DNA of 55,193 nucleotides, filler included, from Catajapyx aquilonaris (Eukaryota), in NCBI GenBank assembly GCA_000934665.2. It is 4 parts of 4 records of this genome, joined end to end, with 100 filler letters (N's around TTAATTAATTAA, not from the genome) between each part and the next. Parts side by side here need not be neighbours in the genome. Positions count along the whole stretch, not along the records: positions 13,830 to 27,551 come from JYFJ02008007.1; positions 27,652 to 41,371 come from JYFJ02008008.1; 2 more parts are not named here. One strand, written 5' to 3'. Position 1 is the stretch's first letter. Each line of letters begins with the position of its first letter. Made by a program: the position numbers and the translations under genes. The notes beneath the pieces are model-generated. The model saw nothing but the letters and a program-made list of their open reading frames with translations. It was not told where the DNA came from and searched no databases. Shown here piece after piece: positions 22,580 through 34,700 of this stretch.

Positions 22580-24859
22580 ATGAACCACGTGAGCGGAGTG
22601 AGGCCTGTTTGGGACTCGCACGTTGATGTGGAGAGGAGCGGACTTGCTTCGTTGCCCAACCACTCCCTGACCCTGCCTGACCTTTGGCCTCACGAAGGAG
22701 GGGTGGTCATCTCCTGCGGGAGCCACACAAACACCCAGTTTCCATACCACATTGAGCCGTCCGCTCCGTTACTCCCGGCCAAGTTCATCGCACGGAAATG
22801 TACGTTGCGCTGTAATGTACCTGCCGATACACTAACGCAATTATTTTCAGGGACGCCCGACACCGATCCGAGCGTAAAGCCGGTCATGACCTGGCAGGAC
22901 AACCTGCTCCAAATGAACCGAACTGGCTTCCGCATGCCATCGGCTCGGAAGGCATTCGACGCGCTGTTGCAGAAGGAAGCGGACAAAGTGTCGGTTCCTC
23001 TCGCCATCGGGAAGGCTGCGTACTGCTGGCAGACCATGAAGAAGCAGGGTATGGACAGCAGGTACAACCACCTCTACACTGGCGGAAACGTCTGCTGCTT
23101 TGAGCTAGGCGGACGGAAGTACGTCGGAAGCACTAAGCCCACCAGGAGCGGAAATGAGATCTGTACGCACCGCACCTTTCCGACGCATTATTGGCTAATT
23201 GTTCGTACTTACAGATGTGATTCCGTGGGAAATGGACAGGGAACGAAGCTTGTTCACCGAAAGATCAGTTCAAAAGTCTATCGGGAAGTCATGCGCTTAC
23301 CAAGTAACTGCGGGTGTACCTAATAATGGTAAGTGTCATTGTTACTGAATTTCATTGCCGTAATCGTCTCTTATTAATAGGAAACGTGTGGGTCCGCACC
23401 AAACGTGACGTCCAACTCTACACCGTTACGGAATCAGACGGGGACATTCATCTTGAAAAGTCGGCGCAGCATCACTCTTCAGACACACTCGCTTCATTGG
23501 CTGTATGTCCAGTCATACCGGATGAATCGGCCGTCATAAGCGATCAGGGCGTACTCACAATTGTCGACTTTGGTGTCGAACATGCCTCGTTCAAGTCCCG
23601 CAAGCTCATCGAAGTGAAGCATTGCTCCGACTTGTGGCACGGCTTAACATATGCGACTCATCCACGATGCGTCATGGTTGCGAACAGAGCTAAAGTAATC
23701 CAGCTTGACCTCAGAGTAAGTACGGTACGAACATGTATGTGCGCAATTAACTAAATGTTGTTGCAGAATCGTGACTCCAGGAATGAGGTCTGCAGCTGCG
23801 AAGGTCTGTCCACGCTTCTTCTCGACAAAGAAGAGATTTCGATGGTCGCACGAGGCGTTAAAGATTGGTACACGTACATCGGGACTGATCGGTACGTCCT
23901 GCTGATGGACTCGAGAAGACCGAATTGTCCGGTGCAGAAAATAACACATTTGTTCGAGGTAAGCCGTACAATTTGTGCGAATTACTGTCGACTTATCCTC
24001 TCCGTTGTTTCAGCTTCCGCCGATGTTCTGCCAGACCGTGTCGGATTCTGGTTTTGAGCTGGTGCTGTACGCAGCGCAGTATGGTCGTGACACATCGTGT
24101 TGGATCAGCGATTGGGAGCATCTGACTTGCGACAAATCCAGCAGCTTCTCCGCTTCGTTAGATGCCACCGTACTTCCCGAGTGCTCCCAGCGTGTGCCGA
24201 ACTATCCGATATATCCATGCATTTCCCGCTCATTGCCGTCTGGACCTGAGCTGCTCCCATACGGTCAGATTAATGGCGTCTTGAACGATCCGGACGTCCA
24301 AATGCGGTTGTGCACAGGACGAACCGGATTGTGCGCATGGGTTGATTCCAATGCGATTCATGTAGTGGAGCGCATCGGATCGGGCGACTTGCTCGGATTC
24401 GCCTTAACCAAATCGAGGAAATCTAGTGACGTTATCGGTTACTTAAAAGAGTGGGAAAAATGTGCGGTGAAGACGAAGCGACGGACTAAATTTGTGGGTT
24501 CTACCTCCAATGATTTCGGTGCAGCATTTCGGACGATGACAGTTCCAGTCGACAGGCATGATCCCGACGACGTTGAAGAGCTGCAGGAAGCTAGTTGGCC
24601 GTCATTAGAAACGCAGATTTCAGAGTTGAAGAAGTACACTGATTTCATGAGTCAGCGAATACTGAACGTTTGGGACGCTACATTTACAGCAGATACGAAC
24701 GTCAAGAGTACACAAAATGATGACATGAACACGCAGCAAGATTACACCGACTTTGTATCCGGATTGGCAGTTCAAAGTGTCGTGATTCCTGAACCAGCTA
24801 GTGTAAACGCGGAGATCCAAAAGCCTCCGAGGAAGAAACGAAAAGTGGCCGGATTTTAA
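22580..24859 (+). CDS. TAF1C: TATA-binding protein-associated factor, RNA polymerase I subunit C-like, ~672 aa; exons 22580-22799, 22851-23162, 23215-23328, 23381-23715, 23767-23958, 24014-24859
   Basis: Five 51-55-bp GT-AG introns give one frame. Motifs W...YATHPR..MVANR....LDLR, LMDSRRPNCPVQKITHL..PPMF and the C-terminal PPRKKRKVAGF match TAF1C. The true start may lie in an upstream exon near 22288-22332. Confidence 0.8.
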
Positions 24860-25810
24860 TTTTCCTGGTATTAAACATACGACAATTTATATCTCGGATT
24901 TGTTCACTTTTATACAAATTTCATGCCAATTTTTTTTTGTAGTTTTACAGAAGCAGAAAATTTTTATGAAGCGTTTGTAGATTGTTACCTGAGTGAATAA
25001 ATATTAAATGCGACTGACTGTAAGATTGTTCCTTTTAAAAACATGGTCATCATGTATTATATCAGAATTCCCTACTGAAAAATGCAGGTGATTTGGATGG
25101 TTGTTCGTCGCAAAAACATTCACTTCAATGGTTACATATTTTTATTCTGAATAATCGAAGTCAACATGTCGGATTGAAGGAAGAGGTACAAGAAAATATT
25201 TACGCTAACATCCAATTATTGAGATTCAAAAGTTTTATCAAAACGTAGAAAATATTCCATTACTATGTACCAAGTAGATGGATCGTTACAATGAGTTTTT
25301 AATAATCAAACGACATTTTTTTAAAGGTAACTTCACAGCGACATTTCAAGCCAACTGGCCAAATCTGTGGACGGCAGAACTTAACAATATTTTTAAAGGC
25401 AGTTCTTATTGTCTCGTCAGGAGATCGGTTAATTAATCAACAACGTTCAGTCTGTGTATCATGAAGCAAATACTGTTAGCAAGTTTTTACCCGTCACAGT
25501 TAACCTGAGCATTACTAATACTTTGGGATCTCGCGTGGACAGCATCGTAACACTTTTCCCCAAACATTTTTGTCTGTATCCATCTCGTCCAATGACTAAA
25601 CTCAAACAAATTTTATCCTATGAATTTCTGTCCCAAATGTTTATCCTACGTAATTCTTGTCCAAACGTTTCATCCTGATTTTTCCTATTCAAAAAGACCA
25701 GCGGTCCAGTTGCATCCCTGCGGATTCTATCATTTTCGTTAACATCAACATATGGCAATGGCACTAGTAATAAGCAGTGCGGTGCAACTGGGCTACTTGG
25801 TCATTGGCTA

Positions 25811-26500
25811 CTACTTGTGAACAAGGTCAAAGAAGGGATTCTTGATGACCCTGTCCGACCCTTCAATTTCGATCTGGTCGTACATCCACTTGCGGTTGTT
25901 CCTGCACTCGTGTCCGCACTTGTTCTTGCGGCACTTGGGGCAGGGGAAGTGGCAGCCAGGGCAGGTCACATCCAGGCAGTCGCAGAGGTCAATCCCACCA
26001 GCGATGGTCAGCAGGCCCTGCTCGTCGTACAGAGTCTGGCTGCTCTTGCTGCTGATGGGAATAATAATAAAGAGAGAAGTGTGAGCGCGTGTACAGGAGC
26101 CTGCGCTTGTGATGATCTCGTTATTACGTCTCGGTGTAGTTCTTCCTGTTCTTCTTCCTCCTCTCCCTGTTGCTCTTCTTCGGGTCGAAGGTGTGCAGGA
26201 AGGTCCTGGCCTGGTCCGTCGTCTGCCTGCTGTTGGACCGCCACTGCCCCTTCTTCGGCCTGGCCCCCGTTCCAGCCACACCCTGCTGCACCTATGAGAC
26301 GGCCACATTAGAACCCATCTCTTTACCACAAATCCAAGTGTCCTGCTGACCTGTTGAAGGGCACCACCAGCCGCACCCTTCTCTGCTGCTGATGACCCTG
26401 GCCGGTCTGTAGCGCTGCTTCCACCACCAGCCCCGCTACTACTAGTGGAGGATGATGAGGCCCCCTTGGCAGCCTTTCCCTTACCCTTTGACCCTCCCAT
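25811..26500 (-). CDS. ARL14EP: ARL14 effector protein-like (ARF7EP C-terminal Cys-rich domain), 184 aa; exons 26500-26351, 26291-26128, 26051-25811
   Basis: [16 protein letters not shown] and YDEQG...[44 protein letters not shown] introns are phase-compatible. Confidence 0.9.
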   Translation of the reverse strand: MGGSKGKGKAAKGASSSSTSSSGAGGGSSATDRPGSSAAEKGAAGGALQQVSRTLGFVVKRWVLMWPSHRCSRVWLERGPGRRRGSGGPTAGRRRTRPGPSCTPSTRRRATGRGGRRTGRTTPRRNNEIITSAGSCTRAHTSLFIIIPISSKSSQTLYDEQGLLTIAGGIDLCDCLDVTCPGCHFPCPKCRKNKCGHECRNNRKWMYDQIEIEGSDRVIKNPFFDLVHK

Positions 26501-26920
26501 GACCCTCAACTTGGTACCAAACACAGCAAACAAAGGGGAATGAAGAAGAAGAATCAAAGGAAATTCCTCTCACTGAAACAAAAACGTTCCAAATTCCGAC
26601 GCCATCTTGGGTCGAACTGAAATGTCGCGTAGCTGCTAATTAAGAGAGCTGCTAATTAACAGCTATGCGTTGTCGCTCTACTTTTTCCAAACTTTTTTAA
26701 CTTTTTCAATTCAAAATCTTAGCTTAGTAGCGTATGGTTATATTTTATTTGTTTGTTTGTTTTTGTCTCTTTGTTTACTTACTTACTTGTTTGTTTGTTT
26801 GTAAATACATTTATTTATTTGTTATTTTATATCAACATCACGACATTTGTCTATGAGGGACTACCCCTCATAGGGAAATGTCGTGATTTTGATGATGATT
26901 ATTATTATTATTATTTTATA

Positions 26921-27551
26921 CCGGCGTAAGTTGGGGTGACTTTATCTCTGCGGGTACACTTTGTCTCATTTCGGTAAAACTTTTCACATCCGCACAGTTC
27001 CAAGAATTTCAAAATTGCGCGCTTGTTTCACGGGGTGGCGGGTAGAGGGCGACAGTGTGTACAGTAGGCCACTTCCAATTCACCATTCTGCCATCTAGCG
27101 GACTGTAGCGGAACGTCAGGCCTGACATAAGAAAAAAGGTAAGATTTTATGGCTACAAAAATCTAGGATTATCTTGTGTATTTAGAGACTTTCGAAGGTA
27201 AGAAAGCCCCCCCCCCCCCNGTATGCATGTTTGATACTGAAAAATCTGAAACAGATTTTGAGGGAAATCGGCCTATATGAAACAAAGCCTGAACACGTGG
27301 TCTTGGGGGGACACATTATCCCGGGATAAAGTGTCCCCAATTAATTTTTTTCAGTCCGGAGCTAGTCCGGAGACTCTCATGACCGTAACTTTGCATTTAC
27401 AGCCATGCCGCGAGAATACAAAAGAAAATTAGGCAGCAGGTCCTACGCAGATTGCTCCGCAGAACAACTGGAGGCCTGTCTTGAGGCAGTACGTCACGGG
27501 GAGCTGTCACAACGAAAAGCAGCTGAGCAGTTCAGAATTCCAATTGCCACT
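26921..27551 (+). mobile_element. 5' part of a pogo/Tigger-like transposon, cut by contig end
   Basis: TA|CCGGCGTAAGTTGGGGTGACTTT terminus, repeated subterminal motifs and a downstream HTH_psq ORF. Confidence 0.65.
27405..27551 (+). CDS. pogo/Tigger transposase N-terminus (psq-type HTH), partial
   Basis: MPREYKRK...CLEAVRHGELSQRKAAEQFRIP, typical of HTH_psq/CENP-B N-terminal domains. Confidence 0.75.
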
Positions 27552-27651
27552 NNNNNNNNNNNNNNNNNNNNNNNNNNNNNNNNNNNNNNNNNNNNTTAAT
27601 TAATTAANNNNNNNNNNNNNNNNNNNNNNNNNNNNNNNNNNNNNNNNNNNN
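27552..27651. other. Artificial contig linker
   Basis: 44 N + TTAATTAATTAA + 44 N. Confidence 0.97.
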
Positions 27652-27748
27652 CGCGAGGTCCCGCGACGTGGCGGCTATCCTGAGGCGAGCTCGCCAGCTT
27701 CTGGCGACCTAGCGGCAAGCTCGCGGCTAGGTTAAATTTCGGTAAGGG
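27652..27748. mobile_element. Terminus of the same CCC-type repeat family as 1-97
   Basis: Ends in AAATTTCGGTAAGGG. Confidence 0.4.
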
Positions 27749-30700
27749 AGTGTAAAGATGCTGCTCCAACGAACTGCTTACCTACGTCATGCGCGGAAGA
27801 ACGTAGTTTCCCAATTATTTATATATTACCTATGCAGTATTTATGTTGAACTTGGTGCCCATCGACGTACGCAGAAGTGATAGAAAGTGGAGGGGTAATA
27901 ATTGTAAATCATCCTTCTGGGGAGCCTGGGGAGACCGTTCGTAAGTACGGATAGCCGTAAGACGGGTCGTTCGTAAACCGGGGACTATCTGTATACTTGG
28001 AAAATAGGCCTGATGTGTTCCAAACGCCTTCTTAGTACTGCTTCGACTCGACTGGTAGTGCAAGTGATACATGTATGTCATGCACGAACTTATCATATTT
28101 ATGAGATGTGCTCTTTGCAAAAATGAGTTTTGTTTTGTACACATATTAAAACATTCGTAAGTGCTAATTTGCGATGCTTCTTTTCATCTGTCATCCCGCT
28201 TAGGTCAGCTGTCCAGGCTGACTTCAAGAGGTCATAACCTTTGACCGTGTATCGCTCAGCCAAAATGACTATTTCAATTTGGTGAATAACTAATCTGCCT
28301 GTTATTGTGCCAGGTTTCATTCAGCAACTCCATGTACTGTACGTACAACGCATGAAGTTCCCTTGTCAGATCCATTGGGCCACCTGTATATGCCAATTAA
28401 ATATTTTTTTTTTTGCACCTACTATTACCTATAATATATTGGTCTACTTCAATTTCCCACCTCAAACACGTTGTGTTGGAGGCGTGGTTTGCCTGACTGA
28501 TAGAAGCATACAGCACACTTTGCATGCACGCATATCAACATGACCAAGCATTTTGCCATTGCTGATAAAGAGGAAGGAAAAGCCTATTGCGAAATGCCAT
28601 TGCCAGCTCCTCCTGCACTCTCGCTTTTGCTCTAAAATATTTGCCATGTGTAACCACTTGCGGCCCTGAACTTGAATTCCGTCCGTTTGCTCTTGCCGCA
28701 GTTTCTCCGGCAGTCAGTTTCCTGAACGTTATCCTAGACTCTTACAAGACGAATAGCATATAGCACTTCCGTTTTGGGCGACAGCTGGTCGAATTATCTG
28801 TCCACGTGATCCGCGACTGAGCATTGTCAATGACACTGTAAATTTTTCCCCAAGGAAAATTGATTTATGGTCTCTTTCAAAGGCCAGTCATACTGTACCA
28901 CGCCTATGTGGACCTGCCCCAAGAGGAGCTTTGGAGCCGCGTTAGCCTACAATGCAAGCATTTAGTACAAGACTCCTATTCATCGCCGTAATTGTTTCGA
29001 CATCCTAGTGATTGATTGCGTCGAGAGGATTAGGCGGAACCGAAAATAGTGCTGTGCCATTAGGAAGGTGGGAGGAAAAAAATAGTGTTGTCTTCATTTT
29101 CATTGACGGTCGTCTTACGTCGCGTCGTTGGGTTTCGTCACTTGAGTCAATATTTTTGCACGCTGGCTTCCAATTGAGAGCAAGTAAATTAGGAATTAAC
29201 GGGGGTGGTTGATTCGAAAAGTTTGTCTGATTGTTTCAGTGGCGTAGTTGTATTTTTTTGTTTTCAAGTGATAGATGAGAATCGCACTGTGTGTGACGCT
29301 GGCGGTTGGCAAAATTGTGTCCTATCTTGTGTTATACATCCGGCTTGCCTGAATTCGCGGTAATTATTCTTTTTTTAATTTCGAGGAATCAAGTGTGAGG
29401 AAAAATATAGCGAAAAATATGACGTCATGAGGAATCAAAGTTGAGTTTTGTTCCTGTTTCTGCCTCCTTTTTTGCTCGCTTTGCAGAGGCTGCTGATGTG
29501 TAACGCATGTGCATGATGGTGCTAAAACTGCCAGTTATTGTCCCGTGATTATGTGCTCAAATGCTTATAAGAAACTCTATTGAAATGACAAAACTGATAT
29601 GCCTTTGAAGGATGAGTCAAATATTGGAGTTTTTAAAATAACTTATTGAAAAGTGATAATCAAACTGAAAGCAAAATATTTCTATAATACTAAACATCTC
29701 ATCACGGAATAAAGTGTTGTTTTTTTTAACAATCTTGCGAGGTGCAAACATTATTTTCTTCTTTAGATAGAGCGATGTGCAATATTTCGCTCGCCAAGAT
29801 TGTACTGGAATATCCGCGGAAACGGCTGCGGATCAGCCCGCATCACCTTGGCCATGGTCTGGAATAGATTTCCGAGCGTCACTGGCTCTTATACCGTGAA
29901 GTTAAGAAGCCAAAACCCAACATGGTCGATAGAATTGACAGATTATTCTTTGACTGAGGCTGACTGGGAACTTCAAGAGTTAATGTGTAGGACTTCATTC
30001 AGGGTGCCCACAATAATAATATAATTGAATAGTCCAAGAATAAGCCCCTGTTCTGTTGGACTTATTATATTAAGGATCTTTTCTCTTAAGTAAACATGCT
30101 GCTTGGGAGCCACGAGATTCCCTGTAACTTCGATTCTATTTCAATACACTCGCGCCTTCACTTGAATCTATTAGTCCGGAACTGCAAAAGACTGGATAAT
30201 TGGTGTCCTGTGTTTATTTAGGTCACTGAGAAAATAAATTGCGGCAATGACTTCATTGGCAGCCCACGTATTTGCATGGCTCGATTACGAAATAAACGTC
30301 AGATATCGGATAGTCTTAATTTCAGTTGTTGCGAAATGGGAGAGCACATGACGATGGTATGTACTGTACTGGTTCAAATCGTGTCAAAACTGCAATTGGG
30401 CGTGCATTCTCAGCGATATGCTGCGTGTAACGCCTCAGGCGAAGGAAATGTAAATTACAGTATATGATGCTTAAGATAAGTTCTTATAATTAGAAGGAAG
30501 AGTCATTTTGTCTTAAGAAACCTTTCTCGAATTTATTTATGCACAGATTGTATAAGCACAGAATATTCCAGTTAGCTCGTCGAACGGTTTTTTTTTCTTC
30601 TTCTCTTTCTTGTACTATCTTAGTTTGACATTAATTTGTCCTGTTTTAAATATAGTTTGCTTTTAAATAAAGCATCTGAAGCAAAGGCGTTATTGCTCGT

Positions 30701-31520
30701 AATATTTGGGCATTTGATAGGGTTATGTTTCATGATAAAGTGTTTTAAAAAGGTGATCATCAATACCATAGACTCAGAGAGAGTTAGCAAATGGACAGTA
30801 TACAATGGACACGGGCGGAGTGGACAGATGCAACTGGGTTTCGTTTTGGATTTTGCGCCGTTATTGATTATACTGTATACGTTATCGGTTATCCTAAGTA
30901 GGGGAATATTATTAATTACCAAAGCTATTCAATGCATGTGATATATACAGTTTAGTAGCTTTTGTCATCATTGCGAATATAGGCATTTTAATAGTTTTCC
31001 GTGATCTAGCTCGAACACCTGTGCCCATGCATGTGCATGCATGCTGTTACGACAACAAATATATCGGTACTCTCTTGTCTTCGTGAAACAATACTACAGG
31101 CCACACTTTAATGATAAGTCAGGCTTAGGTTATTTTGCGAACACGGTGGTTCCGGCAAAAAATGATGACGTCAACGGTCACGGACATCGAGTGGATTTTC
31201 ATTTAACGCCATTATTTTGTGCTGCAAGACCGAGCATAACATTAAGGATACTGATCTCCTGGCCCATAATGGAAAGTTGATCACCATTGCGTGAAATGCC
31301 AGTCCCGTTTTCCATATTGTGTACGTATAATGATTGCTCCCCACGGAGTGTGGAGTACTTTGCATGAGACACTGTATAGGTTGACACATTGTCAATTAGG
31401 GTCAGTTTTTTCGTCGCGGCACTGTACGATCGTAATGTACAGTACACTGTTCATTCGGGATGAATTGTTGTGCAGTAAATTAGAATTGCTCTTTCAATAA
31501 TATTGTTGATGGGCTTAATT

Positions 31521-31745
31521 CAGTGGTTCCAACCTGGGGGTCGCGAGCTTTGGTTCAACTTTTGTTTTTTTGTTTTTTGCAATTTCTGTGTATTGAACCA
31601 TTTTTTGCGGCCGTACAGAGTGTATGTTTTCTGGAAAGGGGGCAGTTGTAGAGGGGCCGGGGAGGGGAGGCAGCGCGGGGGGGGNGTCGCACATTCAGGG
31701 AACATGTTTAGGAGGTCGCAGTTGGTAAAAGGTTGGAAACCACTG
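31521..31745. mobile_element. hAT (Charlie-like) MITE
   Basis: CAGTGGTTCCAACCT...AGGTTGGAAACCACTG ends; 8-bp TSD GCTTAATT/CCTTAATT (7 of 8 match). Confidence 0.8.
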
Positions 31746-34700
31746 CCTTAATTCATAAGCGCGTGGTGTTTACACTGTATCGTAATGTCACTGGCCAGTA
31801 AGACTGAATCTCCACTGGAAGAGATAGTAAAATTAGAATGCAAGCAGCAAAATTATATGTAAGCACATGGAATTTTGCTATCCAGCATGTTGCTTGTCAC
31901 AGTGTGACTTCTGGGAACCATCAGTACCGTATGTGATGATGATTTGTGGGAATTTTCGGGACATCTCCGTATATGAATAGACTGTTATCCACTTTTTAAA
32001 TCGCAAGTAATTTACAATCCGAATTTATTTGGGAGCGGGAAGGGAGATGTGTGTGTGTGTGTGTGTGTTTCAACCAGCTACAATTTATTTCCATGACATA
32101 CTCTAGATATTAGATATTTATAACCTAGTTATGTCAGACCACGGCAACGTTTCTGGGAAAGTGTTGAACTCTTAAATCACTTTTATATAATTTGAATTCA
32201 GGCGGGATGAAATTAGATGAAATTGTGGTCAATTATTTTGGCAGTTAGGCCCAGGTTCACTCCTGAGCTTGATAGTATGTGTTACGTCCATGTATGGATC
32301 TGGCGATGACCTCCATAACAGGGCGTGCCAGCTGGGGGTACACATATGAGATTGGGAGAGGGGGTGTTGGAAGGAGAGGACCTGACGGTCAGCTGAAAAT
32401 AACTGGAAGGGTCAGGCGGGCTGCTTGCCAAATCGCCAAGGCCGAGGACGTGTTCAGAAGGCAAGTGCACGGTCGTCCCCCATGCATCGACATATCTACA
32501 TGCCTACATGCATGCACATATTGGCGGACCAGGATTTTTTGCCGGGAGACGCAAATACGTCAGTTTTCTGGGACGTCATACACGTCGGAATTATTTTTTT
32601 TCCTAATGCAAATGCTTCTGTGAGTTATTTACATGTGACGTATGAAATATTGGTGATGTAATAAGGGCAGTGCGACGCGTTATTAATCGCTTACAGTATG
32701 TTATACGTAATGATTCACAGCAGTCCATGCAGAATAGGAAACTCTTGGGAACTGGTACATTACAGTCTTACCATGATGTGAGAGCGGGAAGTTAAAAGAG
32801 CAGAGTCATGGGTACCACACACGTGGTGGTCAGTTTTATCAAGTGTTCCATGCTGTTCTCAAGTTATGTAAGTTAAAGAGTAGTCAACTCGATGTTTTAT
32901 TATGGGAGCATAGTTGGAACACAATGTAACAGGTTGCGTTCCAAGAGAATATAAGGTGCGAAACACGACTTACAGCTTATACATTGTTCTGGTTGGCTTC
33001 CGATAGGAATCAGGCGCGATTTATCCTGATACTATAGTTCATGCTGGCAGACAGCGCGATACCTATCAGCTGTATCGGCTTCTGTTGAACTGTACCCATA
33101 GTTCTTAACCAGCTTATCGGCTTCACATGGATTTCCCGACCCTCCCAGTAACCTCGTAACCTGTCTCTGAGTGACTTGACCTCCCCAGTTTGGCGTACCG
33201 CAACCCCCCAGAGGCACTTTTATGAATCAGCACGACTGCTCTCTCGCATCATCACTCTTCTCGCCTGCCCTCCTCTCGAAGGGTCACGAACTCCTGTCCA
33301 TATAATAAGGCAGTCCTGGGTATTCTGAGGTTATGCAACGTGTCTGACCACGTTGTGCAGGGGTATTTCGGTTGCACATGCGTGAGGGGCAGGAAGATAA
33401 TGCGGGTTCAATGTACAGGGTGAGTTAAAAGTCCAGTGTTGTGGTTTTTTTTGTGGGTGATTGGAGATATGGCGATACTTGGTATCGATGCCAAGTTGTG
33501 GGCCACCTGCTGTGAGAAAAGGTGAAAAAATTTTAAAGCTGTCATTGGGGTGTTTACCAGACTGACATAAGGGATTCTGTTTGTCTTTGTTAGCTTCTAG
33601 GGTGATGTAAAACGCAATGACTGGCGGAGTTAATATTGTAGCAATCAGTCAAGACGTAAGGAGGTAGAATATGAAGCAAGATAATTAATTTTCTCGCCTA
33701 GTACCTGCGCCTATCAGTTACAATGACCTCATTGAAAAAGCGCTGAGCCGTGAGAAACTGAATGGCAAAAAAATTAGGTGCCCTTAGCAACCATCGATAC
33801 ATATTTTCTTTGGGGTGGTAGTAAGGAGTGACTGGTTCGAGGTAATGCACTGATTGTTTTGAGCTGTAACTTTATTATGTCACAGTGGTTCGAAAAAAAT
33901 TTTACTCCGTGGTGGATGTAACGAAGAATTTTGTATTATTTGCATGAGGTATTTTTCTACATCTTAACGAGCATTGATCAATTTTAACTGGTGGTAGTAA
34001 TAGATCGTTAATGCTGGGTGCCACTATGTGGATGATCGGAAATGAAGCATTCTGATTTGCTACTGCTTTTATCCTTCTAAATTTGATGTTCAGGTGAAAT
34101 GCTACATTAGAGTCACAAGTGTCTGTGAAGACATTTATCGACTTGATCGTGAAGTAGAAAGTGGGACTGTTTGCTCCATTTTTATGTGCTTGTTTTGAAA
34201 CAGTGGCATTTCCGTTTAGACTTTAGAACAACCCGTGGGAATGTATAAACATGGCACAAAGAAAGCAATTCGTCCATGTGAAATTCCTATTTGCCTGGAA
34301 CGCACCAGAGCGACTAGTTTGGCGCGTTATTTTGTCTTCGAAGGTGACCCAACATCATTTTCAGGCCATCGTCACATGTAAAAGAGGTCTCAGTCTGCCC
34401 ATTTTCCCTCCCTATTCAGTCATTTATATATGCTGTCCATGCGTATGCATGTGGCAGTGTGCGTTTCTGGTTCAGGATTTTGCAAGGCAACCTTGGAGTC
34501 ATTTTATTTAAAAAAAAAAAAGATTCGCCGTCCCCAACGAATTGCGTCATGTAAGTATCCGACTAATAATATTCGAGCTGTCAATAACGGTACGTCAAAA
34601 ATACCATCTTTTCCGCACGCCTGAAGCTGACTAACCAGATTCACCCGGGAGATTCTCGATATGTTATATTGTTGGTAAGTTGTGAAGTGTCGCGCGCCTA

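Noticed and set aside
25811..26557. Unspliced 248-aa ORF as the ARL14EP product
   Set aside because: It reads through two introns with the middle exon in the wrong frame; the spliced 184-aa model restores the FDP..S.RE.RK motif.
15664..27551. THAP + transposase + LRR + TAF1C as one functional cassette or giant element
   Set aside because: Each transposon has its own TIRs and insertion site, TAF1C and ARL14EP are ordinary host genes, and no enclosing repeats were seen.
27830..28647. Possible minus-strand gene divergent from the cyclase
   Set aside because: No phase-consistent exon chain found, and part is a Tigger-like TIR fragment (about 27935-27992).
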